From Utricularia gibba (taxonomy: Eukaryota > Plantae > Magnoliophyta): a DNA stretch of 64,000 bases. A program made the translations under genes and the position numbers. The notes below the pieces were generated by a model. It searched no databases. It worked only from the letters and a program-made list of their open reading frames with translations, and was not told the origin of the DNA. The DNA is taken from positions 558,001-622,000 of the forward strand of contig NEEC01000014.1 in the NCBI GenBank assembly GCA_002189035.1, given 5' to 3'. This document shows, one piece after another, positions 25,654 through 38,684 of the stretch. Position 1 is the first letter of the stretch. Each line of letters opens with the position of its first letter.

Positions 25654-26797
25654 TAAATGCATGCGCGATGAATGAAGTGTGTGTGTGTGTGGAGGTTAAA
25701 CGAAGCAAATTGAATGCGGGCATTCATACCTGCGGATGATCTTCAGTAAATGCAGTCGTACACTATCACGTGACTCCACTTCGTCTCCTCATTTACAAAA
25801 TTACTAATCCATCCTTTTCTGCCTCATTAATATTGAGTTTGACATTTTTTTTTATGATCATTTTCTAAATAAATGATACAAGAATGCGCAAGGCAAAATT
25901 GGGTACAAACATTTCCTCTCTTCATTTCTTGACTCCTATTTGCATGCACAAACAACCAAGGGGATGAACACATGAGAGAGATGTCTTAAAAATTAAGAGT
26001 AAGACAAGTTGTAAGATCAGAGATCTAATGATATTATTATACATTGGTTATGGATGAATATAAGTATTCGAAACAGATAATATCGTACATAAGATTATAT
26101 TGTAGTTCTTCTTTTTAAAGTATATGGTTTTTTTTTTGTTTAGAATAGTTAGGTAAATGATGTTTAGAATAAATAATTAAGAAGAACTAAAAGTCATTCA
26201 TTTGATTCAAAAAAACTCATATGAAAAAAGAGTTTTAAAATATATAGTTCGAAGTATTATGTAATTGTTTCGTAAATTATTCATATATTGAGAAACACGA
26301 TTACCAAATAAACGCAGTTTTCAACACTCTCATGTGTGTGTTTTCTTGCAAGAAATTGAGGATTGTACGAGAGCACTTATGTGGACAAAAAATCGTGTGA
26401 CCGGATAGCACAATTCTTGGACAATAACACACATAGGATGGTATATAAAAGTGTAAACAAACACGACTTTCATGTTTTCTAACAAACACTTGTCCTATTT
26501 ATTTGAGCGAGGGGATCGACCGGTAAGTTTTGGTTAATTTTGTAGGGTTTTGCTGGTGGTGGTGGATCCCATGGCCGCCGACAGCTTAGCTTTCGGAAAC
26601 CCCAATTCTCCGTCGCCGGAGAAATAAAAAAATGATCACGCATTGAAAAACAATAAATGTGAAGCATCCTCACGTTGGAAGCTCCATTAATTTCCTTCTC
26701 CCCCTCGTCGTTGCTTTCTTCGGCAGCGATGCTTACACCCCCTTCTTGTATCTATACCTAACCCTTCTTGTACGCTCTATGCTGCAGCATAAATGCA
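25654..26797 (+). promoter_or_regulatory. Three L1 boxes (TAAATGCA) upstream of the HD-ZIP IV gene
   Basis: Exact TAAATGCA at 25654-25661, 25747-25754 and 26790-26797. Confidence 0.6.
25677..25690. repeat. (GT)7 microsatellite
   Basis: Read directly from the sequence. Confidence 0.9.
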
Positions 26798-27353
26798 TGG
26801 CAATTGGTGCCACCCCCACATTTTCTTTCCCCATGACCTCTCTGCTCCTTCCACCTCCACGACAGAGGAATCTCAGTCGTCCTGCTGCTGCGGAGGTGGC
26901 ATCCCGTTCCCTCGCGTAGGATCCCTATCCGACCACATTCTGGTGGCGGTTTCCGGCGACCCCAGTGGCTCTCCGGTGAGTGCATTTCATCAGCCAGGGT
27001 TTCAGGTACAGCCCACAGCTTTGATTCTGCAGGCCTGTGTGCAATGATTGTTAAGTATCAGCTTATGATCAGAATCATATTTTTAAAACGTGACAAATAT
27101 CCTGTTAATGACACTTAAAATAATAGCATGGTGCTTCATGTGCTCGTACGTTGTACCAAAAGAAAAATAGAAAGAGAGAGATACAAGGAAAATGCACAAT
27201 GTCATGTGCACTTGTCAGATTTGAAAAATTCACCTTTTTTTTGAAATTTAATATCTTCTATGTGTTGAAATTATTTTGATTTGATTTAAATCTTATTTAC
27301 TTGTATTTTTTTTTATGAATTGGGAATTTTGGGAAAGCAGGTGGCTTGCGAAA

Positions 27354-30196
27354 ATGTTCGAAATGAAGATGTTCGACGGGGGGCACCACCGGGTGCATGA
27401 GAATGGCTCCCAAAAGTCGCAGGAAGAGGACGTCAAGCTTATGGGAGGAGATGATGAGGAAAGCCGGGCGGCGACCGATGCGACGGAGAACACCTCCGGC
27501 GAGGATCAAAATGCCGATCACCGGAGCAAGAAGAAGCGGTACCACCGCCACACTCAGCATCAGATCCAGGAAATGGAATCGTGAGTAGAGTAGTCCGGCA
27601 GAATTTCCAACATGTGGAAAATGCTGATTAATTCAACTTCTTTTTCCTTAGTTTTTTCAAGGAATTCCCTCATCCTGACGACAAACAGAGAAAGGAACTG
27701 GGGCGCAGACTGGGGCTGGAGCCTCTGCAAGTCAAGTTCTGGTTCCAGAACAAGAGGACACAAATCAAGGTATAATATGGAAAACAGATCAAGGGAATTA
27801 TGGTGACTGGATGGTTACTGATCTCCAAGTGTTTTCGTAGGCGCATCATGAGCGGGACGAGAACACTCAACTGAGGAACGAGAACGAGAAGCTGCGAGCT
27901 GAGAACCTGCGCTACAAGGAGGCCCTCGGCAATGCTACTTGTCCACACTGCGGTGCTCCGGCGGCCGTCGTCGGGGACATGCCGTTCGACGACCACCACC
28001 TCCAGAACGACAATGCTCGTCTCAGAGAAGAGGTGCGCCAGGGCTCCAATCGGTTTCTGCATTGCTTGTACCTGTGTTGGTATTTAGCAATCTGTGTTGT
28101 GCAGATTGATAGAATATCAGGGGTTGCAGCCAAATATGTTGGAGGAAAGCAGAGCCTACCCTTTCCTCCAGGGACTCCACGGTCACTTGACTTGGGAGCA
28201 GGAGCCTTTGCCGGAGAAATCTTTGGAGCCACCGATCGTTTACCCTCCGTTGTCTCCACCATAAATGATGCCGACAAGCCGGTGATCATCGAGCTAGCAG
28301 TTACAGCCATGGAGGAGCTGATCACAATGGCACAGGCTGGAGAGCCCCTGTGGATTGCCAATCAAGAGGATAACTCATCGGAGACACTCAAGGATGACGA
28401 GTACCTTCGTGCTTTCCCTCGAGGCATCGGACCACGCCCATTTGGGTTGAAGTCGGAGGCATCCCGTGAATCGGCTGTTGTCATCATGAATCACACGAAC
28501 CTTGTTGAGATCCTTATGGACGCGGTAGGCATCTGAATGCAGTGAATGATCCCGGATTGCGGTTAAACTCTGTATGTTGATACTCTGCAGAGTCAATGGG
28601 CGAGTGTGTTCTCAAGCATTGTCACAAGGGCGATGACCGTTGAAGTTCTGTCCACCGGCGTAGCAGGCAACTACAATGGAGCTCTCCAAGTGGTACGGCA
28701 TTTTGTATCATCCATTGCTGATGATGGGAACTGAGCAGGGTCTAAGCACTTTCGCCTGTTACTTCCAGATGACTGCCGAGTTCCAGGTCCCATCTCCGCT
28801 GGTTCCAACGCGTGAGAACTACTTTGCAAGATACTGCAAGCAACACGGTGATGGAACATGGGCTGTTGTCGACATCTCGCTGGATGGTCTACGACCATCT
28901 TGCATATCGAGATGTCGAAGAAGGCCTTCGGGTTGCCTGATTCAAGAACTTCCAAATGGTTACTCCAAGGTTGTAAGAATAGCAAGCAAACTTAGGTTGT
29001 GCAATGCAGACTCACCATGTTCGGTTCACTGCCAGGTTACTTGGGTGGAGCATGTGGAGGTGGACGACAGAGGAGTCCATAGCATCTACAAGCCGGTTGT
29101 AAACTCCAGTCTAGCCTTCGGAGCAAAACGGTGGGTCGCAACATTGGATCGTCAATGCGAACGCCTTGCAAGTGTCATGGCCAACAGCATCTCTGCAGGG
29201 GACGATGGAGGTGTGAAATATTTGCAAATTGGCTTCTCAATGTGAATACTTTTCCTAAAAAACATCACCGGTTCTGGGTTGTACCTGCAGTGATATCTTC
29301 AGTGGAAGGGAGAAAGAGCATGCTGAAGCTGGCCGAGAGAATGGTGTTCAGCTTCTGCACCGGGGTTGGAGCATCGACCACGCACACATGGACTACATTG
29401 TCCGGCAGTGGGGCAGATGATGTTCGAGTGATGACTCGAAAAAGCATGGACGAGCCAGGCCGGCCTCCTGGCATTGTGCTCAGTGTTGCAACCTCCTTCT
29501 GGCTCCCTATAAGCCCTCAAAGAGTTTTCAACTTTCTTCGTGATGAGAACTCCAGAAGTGAGGTAGGCAATATATCCATACCTCATAAGCATCGTCAGAA
29601 TCACATTCTTTGACTGCTGTCATGAAGTTCTCCTCTTCTGTGTTTTGAAGTGGGACATTCTTTCCAACGGCGGCTTCGTTCAGGAAATGGCACATATAGC
29701 CAATGGCCGTGATCCCGGCAATGCAGTCTCCCTCCTCCGCGTCTATGTAAGCATTCCATTACCATGCTTCATTGCTTGTCTTGAGAACAAGACTTGCTCA
29801 CCTCCACGCATCTTGAACTTGCAGAGTGCAAACACAAGCCAGAGCAACATGCTGATTCTTCAAGAAAGCTGCACGGACGCAACATGCTCCTATGTCATAT
29901 ATGCGCCAGTAGACATAATTGCAATGAACTCTGTCTTAAGCGGTAGCGGCGACCCCAATTACGTCGCTCTGTTGCCATCAGGTTTTGCTATACTTCCTGA
30001 TGGTCCAAACAGCCAACAACAAGGGAATCCAGATGCCGGAACCGGTGGTTCGTTGTTGACCGTTGCTTTCCAGATTCTTGTAGACTCAGTTCCAACAGCC
30101 AAGCTCTCTTTGGGCTCAGTAGCCACTGTCAATAGCCTGATCAAATGCACGATAGAAAGGATCAAAGAAGCCATGCTTCGTGATGGGCCAACATGA
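27354..30196 (+). CDS. PDF2/ML1: Class IV HD-ZIP (homeodomain-ZLZ-START-SAD) transcription factor, ML1/PDF2-like; 5' UTR intron about 26976-27340
   Basis: [18 protein letters not shown]|[34 protein letters not shown]; ZLZ CPHCG; START ([24 protein letters not shown]); SAD ([36 protein letters not shown]). All splice phases are consistent. Confidence 0.95.
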
Positions 30197-30444
30197 TGAA
30201 GAAGAAGGAAAAGGATTTCGTTGCTTAGGGTGAATAAAACAGGTTCGATGTGACAAGGGATTGAACCATTTTACAAAAAAAATGGTTCCTCAGAAAACTT
30301 TTGATTGCTCTTGACGTGAATGAAGCATAGCACTGAATAAAAAAATCAAGGCGCATCATATTTCATAATCATCACTGCTTCATAACAAAACTAGAAATCC
30401 GTATAAATGGTAAATGGAGTCTTGAAATCCTAACCTTGGCACAT

Positions 30445-30794
30445 CTAATGTATCAGGCTACAATGGCGACCGCCTTCCGTGTTCAGCTTCCTACTCATCA
30501 TTTCGTTGAACAAATCCTTCGGCTACATCCAATTTGCTCTCCTTCTGAAACCCAATAATCAAATGACTGTACGCCACATGAGTTGGCTTCATTTTTCTTG
30601 GAAAAATCGCCTGTAGCCTCAGCCCATTTCTTATGTTTGCACAAATTTTGAATCTTCAGCATTGCAGACATTTCGTCGAACACCTTGAAATCATCCATGA
30701 TAAGACCCGCCTCACCCAAAAGAAAAAAAAATTGCGTGACAAAACGCTCGGATTTGAAATCACGGCGAGTCAAGAAACCCCTAACAAAGTGCGG
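30445..30794 (-). pseudogene. Degenerate pentatricopeptide-repeat (PPR) gene fragment
   Basis: Three shifting frames give GEAGLIMDDFKVFDEMS / KIQNLCKHKKWAEA / MKPTHVAYSHLIIGFQKESKLDVAEG / LFNEMMSRK, all PPR-like. There are at least two frameshifts and no credible start. Confidence 0.55.
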
Positions 30795-31551
30795 TCAAGC
30801 AATGCAGCCCTGTCCAAATTCGACTCCAGCGTAAATCGATAATCTGTTCAGGTTTCTTATCTAACTTGAGGAGGGCGCTGCCTCGATTTCTCCTTGCCGC
30901 CTACCGCCATTGAAGCCACCAAAAACCTTCAGAAACAATCCGGTAACGGGTTGATAAAATTTATGATTTCCATTGAAATATACAAAGGGGAAAAATACTG
31001 AGGATCATTTTCTGGAAGTCTTTGGACGTGAAGAGAGAGACGAAGCTCACGGAGAAGGCGAACGCTCTTTGTCGCACCCGCCGCACAGATTCAAATATAG
31101 CGTCTCCTCTTTTCCATCCATATACCGGCTGGCTTTTATATTTTTAAGATAAAAAATCAATTAATTAAAAAAATTAATTTTAATAAAATTCTACAATTAA
31201 GATAAAAATATTATATTATTTTAATTTTATTATCACATAAAATTACACTAATCAAAGTTTTAAAAATAGTTTCAATTTAAAGGAATAGTAACAAAATTAA
31301 AATATATTATTAATACAAAAATAACCAAAAAGATGAATTCATGGGTCACTCATGAGGCGCCACGTGTTAGGTATTACCCTTACACCGATATATTTGATTA
31401 TTTTAATTAGATGAGAATGCATTATAAGCGAGGGTAATAAATTATTACTGCGCGTACTTTCACTTCGCTTATCGCATCTCTTTTGTAAGGAATAAGGAAT
31501 CTGACGTAGCGTATGTTTTTACTCTTCGTTTTTTTTTATGCGTAGCGTCCC

Positions 31552-31630
31552 TATAAATGGAAACTGCCGCCCTCTTAGGAAAGATGATGCCTTGCCCCAA
31601 TGCTTAAAATAATAACACGCGGAACCCTAA
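31552..31630 (+). promoter_or_regulatory. TATA box and telo-box of an orphan transcription unit
   Basis: TATAAAT 31552-31558 and AACCCTAA 31623-31630; G-box GCCACGTG near 31359 and TGACGT near 31502 lie upstream. Confidence 0.5.
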
Positions 31631-33300
31631 CTTCTTCTCTCCCTGCGGTTTCGCGTTTTCCGATCTCCTTGAGCAACGGAGGGCGGCGATGGCGATGGCG
31701 ATGACGTAGAGAAGCTACGGTTTCTTATTGTTTTTTCTCGTGTTGTAGGGAGAGGATGCGTGGAATGCGGAGAGCAGGGTGGGGAATGGCGAGATCTAAA
31801 GGAAGGCTCTGATCGTATCAAGATTTTTCTAGCTGCTAGATCTTGACTGAGATGGCTCAAGAAAATCCTCCGTAAGGCGAGGGGCCGTCACCTGATTCGT
31901 AGATCTGGAACGGTCGATTTCTTGAAGGTCCATTTTCATCCTTTTTCTACTGTGTTGGATACTGCAGTTGGGAATGGTGAATATATGGTGAAAACTGCTG
32001 CGGTCATTGCATGTTCTTCATTATGCACCTATGGGCGTGACCTTGTTAGGCAAGTATTTCTTTTTATGACATGCGCTTCCTTTGTCTGTCAATATGAGTG
32101 ACCGCCGAAAAAACTTATTTTTAACATCTTATTGTGAATCCTATCAAAATTCTCTGTAACAATCCAGCAGCTGCATGACATTACCTAAGAAACCGCAATA
32201 TTTCCAATTACACAAAGAATGTTTTGTGTTGACATTCAAGGTTCCTTGAGAAAACGTTACTGCTCTTAAACCTACAAGCTTCGAAGGTTCATGATGTTTT
32301 TCGCACTAAAGCCCTTTGATGGTTGTAACGATGATGCTTAACTTTTTCATGGTTTGACGTAAATGAAGAGTCAAACCATTTCAATGGTATACTTCTTTTT
32401 TTAAAAACTTCGTGAAGGGGTTTCATCATATGAGTGATTGATGATGCCCTATGTTCTTTATCCATTTCAGATGCCTGTTGATCATCAGTTTTATATATCC
32501 ATTTCTAACTTGTACTTGATTGAGTCCCCGTTTTTAGCAATGCTGGCAGTTTGTGAAAGGCAGAGCAGTAAAAGTTCAGGAACCAATGGGCGCGTCATGC
32601 ATTTGAGATTATTTTCACATCTACAAACATTTGGCAATGATGCTCCAAATATGCAAAACAGAGTATTTAGTTTCTTTTGGAGTGGAGCAGAGCTTCAACG
32701 GATCTATCAACACGGAATCAGGTTCCTCAATGGGGCTGACATCTTCATCTGTGTTATTGGGCTGCCGTATGCCATATGTTCAGCATCCTTGCCTGATGTT
32801 TGTGGGTGTGAAAACATGTGACATCTGAGTTGCCCTTGGTTACCTCTATGATATTTGTAGATGCTTGAGATTATTCTTGATGCCTCCTGAGCGTCATTCA
32901 GCAATCCCCAGGAACTTGCCCCTTCAGACAGACCTGCTACTGATGGTATGGAAAATACATCCAATATCTTCTTGAGGTGCGTGGTTACATCCCCCTATAG
33001 AGTTCTGATCACTTTGTTTAGTTGAAACCTTCGATGGCAAGCCATTTACTTAAATGGCATTTTTGTCGTCAAATTCACCTTGGATTCAAGTGCAGCCATT
33101 TCATCTATGTGAAGCTGCAGCTGAAACCAGAAGAGGTTTATTTCAAGCCACTGGAATGCCCAAAGTGAAGGTGACCAGAACTGTTGTATCCATTCAGGCT
33201 TCATTTCTAGCCTTGATCCACACTGAACTTGAGAATACATTCAGTTTACATTTGCATAATTTGGTGTAGCTTGTTTCCCCTTCTTCCTGTTTTGCCCCTT
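31600..33300 (+). ncRNA. Candidate spliced long non-coding or uORF-only transcript
   Basis: Promoter elements upstream, a CT-rich leader, GT/AG sites with T-rich intron-like blocks, and no ORF with recognisable homology. No expression data. Confidence 0.3.
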
Positions 33301-33854
33301 CCTGGCTGTCAAGTGGACTTGTAAATGCTTAATACTTAGCTTGTCGGGGAACAGGACAGATTTGGCTATTTAATGATATGAAAGCATATCTATCCTGATT
33401 CTGGTGGCTGAGGGTTTACCTCTAGTCCCCACCAACAACCGGCCCGCAGCTCAAGCGTCGCTATCGTAATAAATTGATGGAGAAGTATGGGAAGCCGATG
33501 CTTGATATTTTCCCCATCGCTCTCTTCTTTCCTGGGACTGGTTCTTAACTGAGCCCAAGTTCTGCAGCCCAAACCCACTGATTCAGTAACAAAAATGGCG
33601 GAATTCTGTAGTCATGCCTCCCAGTAAAACGAATAATGTGAAGGGCGCTTCTGGATTTCTTCCTGTTTTTCGGTGTGAATATTCAGGCTTCTCTCTGAAT
33701 AACGTGGTAGAAAAGTAGTATCAATATCCCCGTTTTCCTGCATCTTTATCCATGATTCTGTACTCGAAGTTGGGAGCTTTTTCCAATCCGCAGATCCGTT
33801 GAGGCCAAGAAAGTCGTAGCTGCTCCTCTTCACATTTGTCTATCTGAAGAAAAT

Positions 33855-35993
<2,139 letters not shown>

Positions 35994-36942
35994 CTGATCA
36001 AAAGCCGGTGGCCCTTCAGTCCCCTTCACGCGGAACCTTATATCTTAATCTGTACTACCGCGAAGCGGCTGGCATGTTTTGATATAACGGAGCATTGTGA
36101 ATGATGATTCAGTTGATCAGAAACTGCAACAACAGATCTTGAATCAAAACAATGTCGTTTAATTCATCCAAGGGATGATAGCTTATAGGCACACACAAAT
36201 TTCAACCCCCCTGATATTCATCCCTACGGTGCTACTGCAACAAGATTCTTCCGCTGAAGGCAACTAAGATACCTCGCCGATTTCAACTGGAGACGGTTAC
36301 CTACTTCCACAGACGCAACCGGCGGAGTCGGCGGTAATTCTGGAGTTCATGCGTCCTGAGAACAGGTACACGAATCCGAAACAGCTGCCTCCCTAATCTC
36401 GTTTCCATGGCAAACAAGAAAAATCGAGGAACAGAGAGGAAATAGCAGAGCGACGCTGAGACGTCAGCTTTGGAGATTAGGGATTTGAAATGGGGGAGGA
36501 TGGCGCGAACGCCATTTTTTCCGCCTGGACATTTCTTCATTAAAAGCATAAATAAAATCAAGAAATTCCCGTCAATTTATAATAAAATTTTTATTTCCAT
36601 TTTTAAAATCAAATAATTTATATTCATATTTTTATAATTTTAACAAATAAGATCGAAGGGATTGATTAAATTGGTTCTCCAACGAACACCTCTTCTTCTT
36701 CCTTCTTCGGCATGGCGAACCAAGAAACTTGCAGAGAGAAGCGAGTGACCGGAAAACCTCGAGAGCGTCGGAAAGATTTGAGCCACTGGTAAAGAGTAAC
36801 ACGCGATCGCGTTCCTTGTCGCCATTATTTCATCTCATGATTATGCAAAATAGGAAAGCAGTAAAGAAGCATCACGTCCCTCCATGCGCTCACAAACCCT
36901 AGCGCAGAAAAGAGAACCGGTCTCCATCCCATGCTCCTGGCG

Positions 36943-37073
36943 CGTGGGGCTCCAAGAAAAGGAGCACAAACGTGATATTGGCACGGCTCAATCGAACACC
37001 AGCGCTCGATCTGCATCGAGGGCGCACTGTCTGACTGAACCGCGCCAACATCTCGTTTCCTTCGTTCCCCACG
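36943..37073 (-). ncRNA. MIR171: MIR171 precursor hairpin (miR171b/c type); mature 3p at 36991-36971, 5p/star at 37053-37033
   Basis: The minus strand contains UUGAGCCGUGCCAAUAUCACG (the miR171b/c-type mature sequence) and AGAUGUUGGCGCGGUUCAGUC. They pair at 18 of 19 positions (four G:U) with 2-nt 3' overhangs. The lower stem extends to CGUGGGG/CCCCACG and the apical stem is CUCGAU-GCAG-AUCGAG. Confidence 0.95.
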
Positions 37074-38684
37074 ATCGCACCCCGGCAGCAGATGATGATC
37101 CAGAGGGACAGGGGAGGAGATGCCGCAAGAAGAGAAGATACATGGATGGATATATATAGGGAGGTGCAGCAGAGGGAAAGGAGAGCAATGAATACTCCAA
37201 CAACCAAGACAACAGAAAGGAGGGGGTGACATTTAACACAACACAGAAGTAGAAGAAGAAGAAGCAGAAGAGTGGAGGAGGAGGTCATTTATGGATGGGG
37301 AAAAAAGCGCCTGTTGGGGTGATCATCATGATGCCATGCTGCTGATGCTGTCTTGCGCTTCTTCTGAGTTCTAAACACTACTCATACTCACTGTCCTTAA
37401 AGGAGACTGCGGGAATTTAAGTTAGGGCCGTTCTTGTTCCTCCCCATGGCCATCCCTCCCACAGCACCAGCTTCTGAAGTTACCTGTTCATTTTGGTAAC
37501 TGCATGATGATGAACAAGAGAGATAGACGACTCCACTTCCATGTTCCCTCAAGAAACATTGCATTGATTAGCAAAGCGAGGGGCTCTTAAGTTTCAGGTC
37601 TCTTTGCAGAAAAGCCCCTGCTCTGCTCCCTTGCGTCATCCGCTACGCCCAGACGCAGCCTTTTTCTTTACACAGTCGGTCGGTTCGCGGGCACAGACAA
37701 CACTGCTCTGGGTCTGCGCTAGCGCCATGCCAGTTCAGTTCTCTCCTGAGTACTGGAAAGGAAAGGAATTACTCGTGTGGTAGTAGCATCTCCCTTTGAG
37801 TGTTGGTAGTATTTTACATACTAACTAACTATCATATCAAGAACTAATTTTTTTAATCTGAACCCAAGCAATTTAATCTCTTTTTATACTAATTACATAA
37901 ACCAAACACCTCCATATTGTATCTATATCCATATGGTTGTCATGAATAACCTGGAGATGGAAAAAGTTGTCCCAGAGGCAACAATTCAAAATGTGTTGCT
38001 ACACACGAAGGAGGGGAGGGCTGGAGCTGGCTTAGCCTGAGTTCCCTTCTCCGTGTTTGCTTTTGAAATGTCGTTTTGGGAAAGGAGGCCCGGATCCCTG
38101 CCCGGCCCTCCTCTTTCAGATCATAAAACTAGACCATGCACAAGCGACAAGGATGACTGAAAATCACGCCGTCCATTCAAAATGCAAAGAAGCATGCATG
38201 CACCCGATCATTCAAAAAGAGACAAAAACCAAATCAAATTAGACCTCTGAGATCGAAGCTTACTCAGGTTCTAGCAACAAGGGTGCACATTCACAATAGA
38301 TGCTGTTACAATGCTTGCTATAAATCAGTAAGCAAAAAACTCATCTCAAGCAAAACCTTCAAAAGAAAGCGCACCCACAAAACAACATTAACAGTGCACC
38401 GGCTCATGCATCCTTGAGATGACATGTACCAACTCGAAAGTAGCAGCAGGTTATCGAAGTAGTATCTGTATTACCAGGAAGTGATGTTTGCTAGAGCAAA
38501 TATTGTTCATGGCGTAATGGAGGGATCCATAGTGACAAATTCTAAACCTCATTCCCATGAATGGTCCATCCCACAGCAAAACAGAAAGCCTAGGCCACGG
38601 TCAGGGCAGCTTGGGGAGGCCTCTCGTTGCAATAATCCTCTTCACTTATTCAACGACTGCGGGCAATCTGTTTCACCACACGTT

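Noticed and set aside
30243-30256. GGTTCGATGTGAC in the HD-ZIP IV 3' UTR, loosely like the conserved HD-ZIP IV 3' UTR element
   Set aside because: Only a partial match to the motif as I recall it, with no nearby pairing partner. The GAGTCAAGAAACC at about 30768 lies inside the PPR relic and is probably coincidental.
36640-37288. Several overlapping 60-135 aa ORFs, including a hydrophobic signal-peptide-like one
   Set aside because: Explained by the CT/GA-rich pri-miR171 leader and hairpin; no CLE, DVL or other peptide motif.
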